Shown here piece after piece: positions 44,395 through 53,226 of a stretch of 59,466 nucleotides of DNA. The notes under the pieces are model-generated. The model ran no database searches and was not told the DNA's origin. It was given only the letters and a program-made list of their open reading frames with translations. Location: the IMG/VR virus record IMGVR_UViG_3300017762_000005, one strand, 5' to 3'. Position 1 is the stretch's first letter; the number at the start of each line of letters is the position of its first letter. Position numbers and translations under genes: made by a program. The DNA comes from a virus.

Positions 44395-44423
44395 TTGACA
44401 AAGTAATCTATATCCTATATTCA
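44395..44423 (+). promoter_or_regulatory. Sigma70-like early promoter
   Basis: TTGACA-N17-TATTCA (or N15-TATATT), about 30 nt upstream of the SD and ATG 44455. Confidence 0.5.
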
Positions 44424-44454
44424 TGGGATATTAACAATTAACAAAGGAGCAAAA

Positions 44455-45051
44455 ATGGGCTTTGATATAACTGGTTTAAATCCAAAAAACCTAGAAATAA
44501 AAGAACCTAAAAGACCAGATAATTTGTTTAAATTATCTCAAGAAAAACAAGATAAGTATTTTGAAGATAGAGAAAATTATACTTCTCAATCTGGTACTTA
44601 TTTTAGAAACAATGTTTGGTGGTGGAGACCACTTGCAGATTATGTTTTAGAATATACTAAAGTTATCCCAGAGGACAGAAAAGAATGTTGGGGTTATAAT
44701 GATTGTTGTATTATAGAACAGAAAGACGCAGAAATGATATCTCAACAATTAGATCATTTAATTAAAACTGGTCATACTAAAAAGTTTGAAAAAGATTATG
44801 AAACAGAGAGAAAAAAGTTAGAAAAACATAATGATAAAGTTGAGAAGCAACTGGAAGCATTTACTAAATCTGTTGAAAAAAAACTACGTACAACAAATTT
44901 AGCACCTAATCAATTTCCAGAGAATGATAAAAAGAAATGGGATAGTATTTATAAAAGAAAAAAATGGGGTGCTAGTTATCCTTTTTCTGTTGATAATGTA
45001 AAAGAGTTTTCAGAGTTTTGTAAAAATTCTGGTGGCTTTAGTATTGGTTAA
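44455..45051 (+). CDS. Early-region hypothetical protein
   Basis: 198-aa ORF with RBS caaaggagcaaaaATG, identical to that of 45197. Confidence 0.6.
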   Translation: MGFDITGLNPKNLEIKEPKRPDNLFKLSQEKQDKYFEDRENYTSQSGTYFRNNVWWWRPLADYVLEYTKVIPEDRKECWGYNDCCIIEQKDAEMISQQLDHLIKTGHTKKFEKDYETERKKLEKHNDKVEKQLEAFTKSVEKKLRTTNLAPNQFPENDKKKWDSIYKRKKWGASYPFSVDNVKEFSEFCKNSGGFSIG

Positions 45052-45104
45052 AAGAATTAGAGTACCCTTTGAAAATCGTTCACTAAGGGTGCTTTACTAG
45101 GTAA

Positions 45105-45119
45105 GTTTGAATTTCAAAC
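45105..45119. promoter_or_regulatory. Palindrome GTTTGAA-T-TTCAAAC (operator candidate)
   Basis: Perfect 7-bp arms in the intergenic region upstream of 45197. Confidence 0.35.
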
Positions 45120-45196
45120 CTTAAGATGAAATTTAGGTTTTTGTATATTTTCCCTCACATAAAATATACATTACTAACAAAAACAAAGGAGCAAAA

Positions 45197-45808
45197 ATGT
45201 CAAAACAAATAAGTAAAGATAATAGAGAATACTGGCAAAAAAAATTGTCTAATAAATTCTCTGATAAAAAAAGTGCCATTCAATCTCTTCATCAAGTTGA
45301 GATTAATGAAACAACTCAAAAAAACTTTCCTATATTCAAAAAGAGATTAGGATTGGAAAAAGATATAGTAAACTACATTAAAGTTGAAAAAGATTTTAAT
45401 GATTTTTCTAAAAACTATATGAAGAACCTAGAAGAAAAAAGAGAAATGGTTAGAAAACATTTCAACAAAGTTAGAGAAAAAATAGTTAATTGGTCAGAGA
45501 CAAGAAAGTCTTGGGATAAATACGATATACCAAGTCTTGAAATGGATAATAAACTGTATGATCTAGCAGATAGCATTGAAAAATATTTAAAAAATCAATG
45601 TAAAGAAGAAACAAAAAATGCTTTTTATAATTCTAAAAAGGGTCAAGAATTAAAAACACTTGATGAATTAGAAGAAAAAGCAACTGATCTATTACATAGT
45701 GATATGATTGGGTCAGAGGTTTTGAACCAAATATCTTTGATTGCTAAACAAACCAATATAAGTATGACAATTCCTCAAAATACTTTGAAAGAGTTGCCAA
45801 GTAAGTAA
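45197..45808 (+). CDS. Early-region hypothetical protein (helical, Lys/Glu-rich)
   Basis: 203-aa ORF with aaaggagcaaaaATG. Confidence 0.6.
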   Translation: MSKQISKDNREYWQKKLSNKFSDKKSAIQSLHQVEINETTQKNFPIFKKRLGLEKDIVNYIKVEKDFNDFSKNYMKNLEEKREMVRKHFNKVREKIVNWSETRKSWDKYDIPSLEMDNKLYDLADSIEKYLKNQCKEETKNAFYNSKKGQELKTLDELEEKATDLLHSDMIGSEVLNQISLIAKQTNISMTIPQNTLKELPSK

Positions 45809-46044
45809 TGACAAAAATAAATTGGAAAAAAGAAATAACTAATCATCTTGTTGGCAGAAAAATTGTCAAGATTGAGTATTGTTCTAAAAAAGAAATGGAA
45901 CATCAAGGTTGGCATAATCAACCAGTACAAATATTATTGGATAATGGTATTTGGCTAACACCAACAAGTGATGACGAGGGAAATAATGGTGGTGCTATTC
46001 ATACGAATATAAAAGAACTTCCAATTATTCCAGTTATATATTAA
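45808..46044 (+). CDS. Small hypothetical protein
   Basis: 78-aa ORF with TAATG overlap. Confidence 0.55.
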   Translation: MTKINWKKEITNHLVGRKIVKIEYCSKKEMEHQGWHNQPVQILLDNGIWLTPTSDDEGNNGGAIHTNIKELPIIPVIY

Positions 46045-46108
46045 AGAATTATTGACTAGCGATAGGAGATGTCCTATGAAAAATGTTAACACTCTCTAGT
46101 CTTTAATG

Positions 46109-46147
46109 ACCCCCAACAAAGCGAGAGTAGAGTTGGGGGTTTTTTTA
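46109..46147 (+). terminator. Rho-independent terminator
   Basis: acccccaac / gttgggggt stem, 14-nt loop, T7 run. Confidence 0.8.
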
Positions 46148-46168
46148 TGTTATTGACTTAATAAGTTA

Positions 46169-46534
46169 ATGGCAAAATCAGAAAAAAATCTTTGGCAACG
46201 AATAAAAAAATTAAATTTAAAAGGTCAATTATTTCGCATAGAAAGTAATACAATCAATGGTATTCCAGACGTTTATTGGTTGATAAACAACAAAAGTATT
46301 TGGATTGAACTCAAGTCAAATGATGTCAAGAATTTAGGACTTTCAAAGTTTCAAATTAATTGGCACTTAACACATTTTCAAAATGGTGGCACTTCGTTTA
46401 TCTTGCGAGAAGACCTCTCGCAGAGAACCTCTCAAAATTTACAAATTTTCGTGGTTCGTGAACCGAGACGCTTGGTTCGTGCCTACTCATCACTCAATTT
46501 CAAAGACGCATTTAAAAAAATCTTGACGCAATAA
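46169..46534 (+). CDS. PD-(D/E)XK nuclease (VRR-NUC / Holliday-junction-resolvase-like)
   Basis: 'GIPDVYWL...SIWIELKS' fits the D...(D/E)xK core. Confidence 0.5.
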   Translation: MAKSEKNLWQRIKKLNLKGQLFRIESNTINGIPDVYWLINNKSIWIELKSNDVKNLGLSKFQINWHLTHFQNGGTSFILREDLSQRTSQNLQIFVVREPRRLVRAYSSLNFKDAFKKILTQ

Positions 46535-46553
46535 CCACGTCTCTCGGATCTTC

Positions 46554-46580
46554 TTTACGCACAACTTCGTTGTGCGTAAA
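46554..46580 (+). promoter_or_regulatory. Perfect 12-bp hairpin (terminator-like, no U-tract) that runs into repeat copy 1
   Basis: tttacgcacaac-ttc-gttgtgcgtaaa, 20 nt after the stop of 46169..46534. Confidence 0.5.
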
Positions 46581-46750
46581 CTTTGAGATTGCATGTGGGA
46601 TTTTTCTAATAATCATTTACCTTTATACATGCGTAAACTTTGAGATTGCATGTGGGATTTTTTCTTTTACCTATATACCTTTACATGTGCGTAAACTTTG
46701 AGATTGTATGTGGGATTTTTTCCTAAAGGTATTTACCTTTATATATAAAA
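46574..46750 (+). repeat. Three ~57-58-bp tandem units: conserved 32-mer plus TTTACCTTTA box (iteron-like)
   Basis: gcgtaaactttgagattg(c/t)atgtgggattttt at 46574, 46631 and 46689, each followed by (t)tttacc(ta)tat. Confidence 0.9.
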
Positions 46751-46766
46751 AAATTTAAATTTTTTT
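46747..46766. repeat. AT-only perfect palindrome A7-TTT-AAA-T7 (possible DNA-unwinding element)
   Basis: aaaaaaatttaaattttttt. Confidence 0.6.
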
Positions 46767-46771
46767 AATTG

Positions 46772-46807
46772 GTCCTGGAGTCGTGTTTAATTAGTCCTGG
46801 AGTCGTG
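46772..46807 (+). repeat. Two 14-bp direct repeats, GTCCTGGAGTCGTG, 22 bp apart
   Basis: Copies at 46772-46785 and 46794-46807, just upstream of the TTGACA promoter. Confidence 0.85.
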
Positions 46808-46824
46808 GCAGCTAAAATAAAAAG

Positions 46825-46854
46825 TTGACAGCTGTGGGCATCCCATGCTAATGA
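46825..46854 (+). promoter_or_regulatory. Sigma70-like promoter
   Basis: TTGACA-N18-TAATGA upstream of 46885. Confidence 0.45.
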
Positions 46855-46884
46855 GATGGAATTAACTAACAACGGAGAATAAAA

Positions 46885-47130
46885 ATGATACACTTTAAAG
46901 ATCTAAAAAAAGGCCAGGAAATAAAAAGCGATCAGCTGCATCCATTTATATTATGCAGCGGAAAGCTTCTAGAGAGTCCTAAGCAAGGCAAGGGCTTAAA
47001 GAAAACTGTGCTAATAGATGCTAAGGGCTCGGAGCTGGGTTTTTTCGATGAAGCTGGCAGCGTTTACAGTACTAATATTAAACTAGCTAAGGTTGACGGC
47101 AATTGGATGGAGGTAACTCATGCTTCTTAA
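46885..47130 (+). CDS. Small hypothetical protein
   Basis: 81-aa ORF, visibly more GC-rich than its surroundings. Confidence 0.55.
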   Translation: MIHFKDLKKGQEIKSDQLHPFILCSGKLLESPKQGKGLKKTVLIDAKGSELGFFDEAGSVYSTNIKLAKVDGNWMEVTHAS

Positions 47131-47806
47131 TTACTACAGTCAAACCAAAATGGCTAAGGGTGAAAAATACGGATATAAAACAGCTATATTACACCTTGCA
47201 CCGTTTACCCTATCAGGTAAAAATGTATGTCCTAAAGCATCCCCTGAGTGTGTTTCAGCTTGTTTAAATACTTCAGGCCGTGGACAGATGGGCTCAGTAC
47301 AAAAAGCTAGATTAAATAAAACCAATTATTTTTGGACGAATAAGAATGCATTCTTATGGGACCTGAGTCGTGAAATTGAGCAGCTCAAAAAACGAGCTGC
47401 AAATCAGGGCTTTAAATTTGCCGTTAGGTTAAACGGTACAAGTGACCTTGCATGGCATCGAATGAAAGTTGATGGAGGTGGCAGCCTGATGGAGATCCAT
47501 CCTGATGTCCAATTTTATGATTACACTAAAGTCTTAAATTATATTGATCATAATCTTAAAAATTATCATGTTACCTTCAGTGACTCAGGGCGTAACGACT
47601 CGGACATTGCTGCAGCTGTAGCTAAGGGCTCAAACGTTGCCGTTGTGTTTCAGGATAAGCTGCCCAAAAAATGGCTTAATAAAAAAGTCATAAACGGTGA
47701 CCGTCATGATCTCAGGTTTAAAGATCCGCGGGGCGTGATAGTTGGATTGGTTGCTAAGGGTCAAGGCCGTAAGGTCAATAATAAGTTTATCAAGGCGGTG
47801 GCCTGA
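47120..47806 (+). CDS. GP88-family phage protein (function unknown)
   Basis: 'LAPFTLSGKNVCPKASPECVSACLNTSGRG', 'VRLNGTSDLAW', 'YDYTK', 'NYHVTFS', 'INGDRHDLRF', 'GLVAKGQGRK'. Confidence 0.55.
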   Translation: MLLNYYSQTKMAKGEKYGYKTAILHLAPFTLSGKNVCPKASPECVSACLNTSGRGQMGSVQKARLNKTNYFWTNKNAFLWDLSREIEQLKKRAANQGFKFAVRLNGTSDLAWHRMKVDGGGSLMEIHPDVQFYDYTKVLNYIDHNLKNYHVTFSDSGRNDSDIAAAVAKGSNVAVVFQDKLPKKWLNKKVINGDRHDLRFKDPRGVIVGLVAKGQGRKVNNKFIKAVA

Positions 47807-47895
47807 TGGATCGTTTTCTAGCCTTTATAATGCGACTCGTAATATTTTTTCCAGGTACTATAGGAATAGTACTCTTATTGATTCTATTAGTTTAG
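47806..47895 (+). CDS. Hydrophobic micro-ORF (29 aa), paralogue of 44292..44390
   Basis: TGATG overlap with the upstream gene, followed by a hairpin. Confidence 0.5.
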   Translation: MDRFLAFIMRLVIFFPGTIGIVLLLILLV

Positions 47896-47908
47896 AACGA
47901 TTCTAATT

Positions 47909-47933
47909 CACAGCCCTACAACCTAGGGCTGTG
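47909..47933 (+). terminator. Hairpin terminator candidate
   Basis: cacagcccta / tagggctgtg 10-bp stem, 5-nt loop, no clear U-tract. Confidence 0.45.
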
Positions 47934-47952
47934 TCAGCTGTAAATAATTAAT

Positions 47953-47980
47953 TTGACATCTTATTAAATATGATTAATAT
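47953..47980 (+). promoter_or_regulatory. Sigma70-like early promoter
   Basis: TTGACA-N16-TAATAT, about 40 nt upstream of aaggag and ATG 48022. Confidence 0.55.
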
Positions 47981-48021
47981 GGGACATGTACTAAAAATAA
48001 AACACTAACAAGGAGTTAAAA

Positions 48022-48342
48022 ATGAAAGTACAAAAACAAAAACAAAAAACACTTTCACCAGTTGAAAACGTGAAATTGTTTAAAGCGTGTGAAGTTAACC
48101 ATAATAGAAAAAGTTATAATAAGTTATGGATTGACGTTAAGGAAGAAGCCCTACCAATAGTTGAAAGCTTAGGGGGGTCTGTAATCAATAAATATAAATC
48201 AAAGTCTTATTATATTGAGATTGCTAAAAAACCCACGACTCGATTTGATGTCAAGTCGTTTAAAGAAAAACACCCACAAATTTACAATTCATTTATTGTA
48301 GAGGGTGAGTCAGTTGAACTTAAAACCAAAATAGTTAAATAA
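48022..48342 (+). CDS. Early-region hypothetical protein
   Basis: 106-aa ORF with aaggag RBS. Confidence 0.6.
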   Translation: MKVQKQKQKTLSPVENVKLFKACEVNHNRKSYNKLWIDVKEEALPIVESLGGSVINKYKSKSYYIEIAKKPTTRFDVKSFKEKHPQIYNSFIVEGESVELKTKIVK

Positions 48343-48491
48343 TGGATATTGCATTGCATATATTCTTAATCTTGATTAGTTTCTCAATCGCATTCTTAGG
48401 CGTGGTAGTACTATTCACGGTTGACGTTTTCACTGGTTGCATTCTTGCAACTGGTGGAATTGTATTAGCTATTAAAGGCATGGAGGTTTAA
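48342..48491 (+). CDS. Small two-TM membrane protein (49 aa)
   Basis: MDIALHIFLILISFSIAFLGVVVLFTVDVFTGCILATGGIVLAIKGMEV, with TAATG overlap upstream. Confidence 0.5.
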   Translation: MDIALHIFLILISFSIAFLGVVVLFTVDVFTGCILATGGIVLAIKGMEV

Positions 48492-48710
48492 ATGATACCA
48501 TTTAAATTCAAGGGCTATAACGTAAAGATTGAAGGCGTAATTACGCCTTCAACGGATCAAGTTAAGTTTAGTTTTAGTAATGGTGTAGATGATAATATCA
48601 ACATATTAAAACTAAATACTGTTAATGATAAAAAATGGGTCAATGTAGTAAATAAAATACAGAGATCTATTAATGATCGCATAAGATACTTACAACAAAC
48701 TAACAATTAA
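48492..48710 (+). CDS. Small hypothetical protein
   Basis: 72-aa ORF. Confidence 0.5.
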   Translation: MIPFKFKGYNVKIEGVITPSTDQVKFSFSNGVDDNINILKLNTVNDKKWVNVVNKIQRSINDRIRYLQQTNN

Positions 48711-48716
48711 CAACCA

Positions 48717-48741
48717 ATGCCCCACGTGATCCGTGGGGCAT
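48717..48741 (+). terminator. Hairpin terminator candidate at the end of the early region
   Basis: atgccccacg / cgtggggcat 10-bp stem, 5-nt loop. Confidence 0.5.
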
Positions 48742-48772
48742 GTCTCACTTATAGAGGTACCAGTCGAAATCT

Positions 48773-48802
48773 AAAAATAGAAATTTTTTTATTTCTATTT
48801 TT
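48773..48802. promoter_or_regulatory. AT-rich perfect 12-bp inverted repeat upstream of terL
   Basis: aaaaatagaaat-tttttt-atttctattttt. Confidence 0.4.
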
Positions 48803-48924
48803 TTAGGATTTTTATACGAAAGTTTACTAACTTTACCTTTACTTGCTATGACAGATAGAAGTAGTAAGGTCTTGTAGAATTAAGGGGTTTCCTTTTTGGG
48901 GACCCAAGGGTATAGTAAATATAT

Positions 48925-50409
48925 ATGACTAATACAGATTTGATGACTACAGATCAGCTTCGAGAGAGGCTCGAAAAAGTGTGGCTTCAACATATAAAAT
49001 TATGTCAAGACAACTTTTTGTATTTTGTAAAGAATGTTTGGCCAGATTTTATTTGTAGAACTGATAGTGATCCAGACAAATGGGGACATCATCAACATAT
49101 TGCACATGAGTTTACGAAGATAGCTAAAAATAAAAAAGGAAGGCTCATAGTAAATATGCCTCCTAGACACACTAAATCAGAATTTGCATCTATATACTTT
49201 CCTGCTTGGATGATAGGAAAACATCCTAAAATGAAATTAATGCAGGTATCACACAACGCAGAACTTTCAGGAAGGTTTGGTGCTAAGGTAAGAAATTTAA
49301 TTGATAGTCCAGAGTATAAACAGATCTTTGGAGATGTTAAACTAAGAGAAGATAGTAAGGCAAAAGGACGTTGGGAGACCAATCAAGGTGGGGAATACTT
49401 TGCAGCGGGTGTTGGCGGTTCTATCACAGGACGAGGGGCGGACTTACTTATTATTGACGATCCACATACAGAACAAGACTCAATGTCTGATAGTGCTATG
49501 GAGAGAACTTACGATTGGTACTTGTCTGGACCCAGACAACGTTTACAACCGGGAGGCTCGATTGTACTTGTAATGACAAGATGGGCTCAAGATGATTTGA
49601 CTGGTAGATTAATTAAAGCACAAGATGAACCTAAAGCAGATAAGTGGGAAACAATTTCTTTTCCTGCAATCATTGGTGAAGACAAAACTGCAAAACCTGT
49701 TTGGCCAGAATATTGGAACCTAGAGGAACTAGAAAAAGTTAAAGCGTCAATATCAGTGAGAAACTGGTCAGCCCAGTACATGCAAAATCCAACTTCAGAA
49801 GAAGGAGCAATATTAAAACGAGAATGGTGGCAGCCATGGGCCGGGGATATTCCGACCTTAAAACATGTCATACAATCTTATGACACTGCATTTAGTAAAA
49901 AACAAACTGCCGATTACTCAGCCATTACTACATGGGGAATCTTCACGCCTCACGAATCAGGGCCAGATGCTATTATGTTAATTGATGCTGTAAAAGGTAA
50001 ATATGATTTTCCAGAATTAAAAATGGTAGCCTTAGATCAATATAAGTATTGGCAACCAGAAACTATTATCATTGAAGCTAAAGCAAGTGGGCAAAGTTTA
50101 TTACAAGAACTTCGTAGAATGGGTATACCAGTTATGGATTACACTCCAGGACGTGGACAAGATAAACATTCTAGAGTAAACGCTTGTGCTCCGATATTTG
50201 AATCAAGCCAAGTATATTATCCAAGAGACGAACATTGGGCTCAAGAAGTAATTGAAGAATGTGCAGCTTTTCCTCATGGAGAGCATGATGATTATGTGGA
50301 CAGCACTACCCAAGCTATGTTAAGATACCGACAAGGTTTTTTTATAACTACTTATTCTGACGAGGATGAGGTTGAAAGTTATAAAGAACGAAAATACGTA
50401 TATTATTAA
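48925..50409 (+). CDS. terL: Terminase large subunit
   Basis: ATPase 'MPPRHTKSE' and 'LLIIDDPH'. Nuclease 'YDTAFS...DYSAITTWG', 'IIIEAKASGQ', 'HDDYVDS'. Confidence 0.88.
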   Translation: MTNTDLMTTDQLRERLEKVWLQHIKLCQDNFLYFVKNVWPDFICRTDSDPDKWGHHQHIAHEFTKIAKNKKGRLIVNMPPRHTKSEFASIYFPAWMIGKHPKMKLMQVSHNAELSGRFGAKVRNLIDSPEYKQIFGDVKLREDSKAKGRWETNQGGEYFAAGVGGSITGRGADLLIIDDPHTEQDSMSDSAMERTYDWYLSGPRQRLQPGGSIVLVMTRWAQDDLTGRLIKAQDEPKADKWETISFPAIIGEDKTAKPVWPEYWNLEELEKVKASISVRNWSAQYMQNPTSEEGAILKREWWQPWAGDIPTLKHVIQSYDTAFSKKQTADYSAITTWGIFTPHESGPDAIMLIDAVKGKYDFPELKMVALDQYKYWQPETIIIEAKASGQSLLQELRRMGIPVMDYTPGRGQDKHSRVNACAPIFESSQVYYPRDEHWAQEVIEECAAFPHGEHDDYVDSTTQAMLRYRQGFFITTYSDEDEVESYKERKYVYY

Positions 50410-50418
50410 GGAGAAGAC

Positions 50419-50889
50419 ATGTCAAAATTTAAGAAAAGACTTAAGAAAGTAGCTTTAGCTGGAGCAGCACTTTATGCTGGTACTAAATTAAAAGGTGCTA
50501 TGGATAGAAAAGCTATGCTGGCTGGTGCAGATGCAAATGAAGGTTTCGGACAAGTTGCAAAAAAATTTGTAACTAAAGGACCAAGAGGCGGCAAAAGTAA
50601 TGTAATTGAAGGTATTACAAAACTAAACAGATCAGACCTACCTACAAAAAGAAATATGAAATCAATCTTTGTTGGTAATGATGGAACAATCACTAAAGGT
50701 TTAGAGAAATTTAAAAATAAAGACATTTACTCTAAAACTATGAAAGCAAGAAGAGGTGAAAAATCAGGTGGAGGATTAAAAAACTTTTTAAATAAAGTTG
50801 TACTTGGACCTAAGACTCAACTTAACATGGGTGGTGAAGCATCAGTTAAAACTAAATTAAATGGTACACTGAAGACAAAAACATACTAA
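50419..50889 (+). CDS. Basic Lys/Gly-rich protein
   Basis: 156-aa ORF between terL and the portal. Confidence 0.55.
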   Translation: MSKFKKRLKKVALAGAALYAGTKLKGAMDRKAMLAGADANEGFGQVAKKFVTKGPRGGKSNVIEGITKLNRSDLPTKRNMKSIFVGNDGTITKGLEKFKNKDIYSKTMKARRGEKSGGGLKNFLNKVVLGPKTQLNMGGEASVKTKLNGTLKTKTY

Positions 50890-50898
50890 GCTTTTATT

Positions 50899-53226
50899 AT
50901 GGCTGAAATTGATAAAGTAATTACTGAGGAGATTGAAACTCCTGAGACAGAAGAAATTGATGTTGAATTAGAATCAGAGGATGGTCAAACAACAGTCGAA
51001 GAAGCTGTAAGCGAAACTGAAAAATTTTTTGGTAACCTTGCCGAAGACATGTCCGATGAGGTTTTACAAAGAATGTCTAATCAGTTATTAGATGATTACA
51101 AAAAAGATAGAGTATCAAGAAAAGATTGGGAAACTTCATATACAAATAATTTAGATTTATTAGGTATCAAGCACACAGAGTTAACTAGACCATTCAAAGG
51201 TTCGGCATCCGTGACTCATCCACTTTTAGCAGAGGCCGTTACACAATTTCAAGCACAAGCCTATAAAGAATTATTACCGAGCCAAGGACCAGTAAGAACT
51301 AGAGTTCTTGGAGTTGAGGATAATGAAAAAACAAATCAAGCACAACGTGTTCAAGATTTCATGAACTACATGATTACTGAAGAGATGGAAGAGTTTACAC
51401 CAGAGTTTGATCAATTGTTATTTTATTTAGCATTAGCAGGATCTGCATTTAAAAAAGTTTATTATGATGAAGTAATGCAACGAGCTGTATCTAAATTTAT
51501 CCCAGCTGAAGATTTAGTAGTTCCATATTATGCAACAGATTTATTAGATTGTGAAAGAATTACTCATGTAATTAAAATGGGTGAGAATGAAATACTTAAA
51601 AAACAACAAGCTGGATTTTATAGAGATGTAGAATTAAAACCATTAGCAAGTGGTCCTACTCAAATAGAAAAAAAATATCAAGAGTTAGAAGGAGTTACAC
51701 CAAGTGGTGATAGACAATATTCTTATTCAGTTCTTGAGATGCATGTTGATTGTAATTTAGAAGAGTTTGAAATGCAGAATCCAGAAAAGCAAGTTAAGGT
51801 TCCTTATATCATAACAATTGATGAAGGCTCTGGCCAAATTTTATCTATCTATCGTAATTACGATATGGGTGATGAGACTAAAAAAAGAAAAGAATATTTT
51901 GTACATTTTAAATTTTTACCAGGATTAGGTTTTTATGGTTTTGGTTTAACACATATGATTGGTGGATTAAGTAGAACTGCTACTCAATCACTAAGACAAT
52001 TACTTGATGCTGGAACATTATCAAACTTACCAGCTGGATTTAAATCAAGAGGTATAAGAATTAGAGATGATGACCAACCGTTTCAACCGGGAGAGTTTAG
52101 AGATGTTGATGCACCGGGAGGTAATATCAAAGATCAGTTTCAAATTTTACCATTTAAAGAACCATCAGCTACATTGTATCAGTTAATGGGTTTTGTAGTT
52201 GACGCTGGACAAAAGTTTGCAGCCATAACTAATATGGATGTTGGTAATGACATGCAAAACAGAGCAGTGGGAACTACAGTTGCATTAATGGAACGAGGTT
52301 CGAGAGTCATGACCGCTATACACAAAAGATGTTACTACTCAATGAGAAGAGAGTTTAGACTTTTATCAAAAGTATTTGCAACTTATCTACCACCTATTTA
52401 TCCTTATTCAGTATACGGTGCAGATCAAGCAGTTAAACAAACTGACTTTGATGATAGAGTGGATGTTATTCCAGTTGCTGATCCTAATATCATGAGTATG
52501 GCTCAAAGAGTAACTTTAGCTAATGAAAATTTAAAGATCGCTATGTCAAATCCATTAATACATAATTTAAGAGAAGCATACAGAAGAGTTTATGAAGCAT
52601 TGGGGACTCAAGACATAGATCAATTATTAATACCACAAGAGAAACCAACACCAAAAGATCCTGCAACAGAAAATATGGAATCCTTAATGCAGAAACCATT
52701 AAGAGCATTTCCAACACAAGATCATGATGCACACATTTCAGCTCACGTAGCATTCATGGCTACAAGAATGGTTCAAATTAATCCACAAGTTTATTCAGCT
52801 TTACAAGCTCATATATCAGAACACGTTTCATTAAAAGCTCAAGGAGAAGTTGGAGCTTTGATTCAAGATGATCCAATGATGCAACAAATGTTACAACAAG
52901 ATCCAGAGGGAGCACAGATAAGAATTGCTTCTATGATTGCAAAAAGAGTTGCAGAGATAACTACTCAACTTGCTCAAAGTGAAGCTATGGGTCAACAGAA
53001 AGATCCGTTAGTTGCATTAAAAGAAAGAGAACTAGATTTAAAAGCAGTTGATCTTCAAAGAAAAGCAGATCAAGATATGAACTCTAATGAGATTAGAGAA
53101 AATGAAATTGATGAAAGATTAGATATTGAGAAAATGAAATTAGAAAACAATGAGGATCAAGCAGCAGAGAGAATTAGAATTGCAGAAGAGAAACTTGATA
53201 TTGCTAGAAAGAAAATTAAAAAGTAA
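50899..53226 (+). CDS. Portal protein
   Basis: 775-aa ORF just downstream of terL, with acidic N-terminus and helical C-terminal barrel-like region. Confidence 0.8.
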   Translation: MAEIDKVITEEIETPETEEIDVELESEDGQTTVEEAVSETEKFFGNLAEDMSDEVLQRMSNQLLDDYKKDRVSRKDWETSYTNNLDLLGIKHTELTRPFKGSASVTHPLLAEAVTQFQAQAYKELLPSQGPVRTRVLGVEDNEKTNQAQRVQDFMNYMITEEMEEFTPEFDQLLFYLALAGSAFKKVYYDEVMQRAVSKFIPAEDLVVPYYATDLLDCERITHVIKMGENEILKKQQAGFYRDVELKPLASGPTQIEKKYQELEGVTPSGDRQYSYSVLEMHVDCNLEEFEMQNPEKQVKVPYIITIDEGSGQILSIYRNYDMGDETKKRKEYFVHFKFLPGLGFYGFGLTHMIGGLSRTATQSLRQLLDAGTLSNLPAGFKSRGIRIRDDDQPFQPGEFRDVDAPGGNIKDQFQILPFKEPSATLYQLMGFVVDAGQKFAAITNMDVGNDMQNRAVGTTVALMERGSRVMTAIHKRCYYSMRREFRLLSKVFATYLPPIYPYSVYGADQAVKQTDFDDRVDVIPVADPNIMSMAQRVTLANENLKIAMSNPLIHNLREAYRRVYEALGTQDIDQLLIPQEKPTPKDPATENMESLMQKPLRAFPTQDHDAHISAHVAFMATRMVQINPQVYSALQAHISEHVSLKAQGEVGALIQDDPMMQQMLQQDPEGAQIRIASMIAKRVAEITTQLAQSEAMGQQKDPLVALKERELDLKAVDLQRKADQDMNSNEIRENEIDERLDIEKMKLENNEDQAAERIRIAEEKLDIARKKIKK

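Noticed and set aside
46574-46750. CRISPR-like appearance: a 32-nt repeat with ~25-nt spacers, three copies
   Set aside because: There are only three copies, the 'spacers' share a conserved TTTACCTTTA box, the repeat has no typical palindromic core, and no cas genes are present. Iterons or operator sites fit better.
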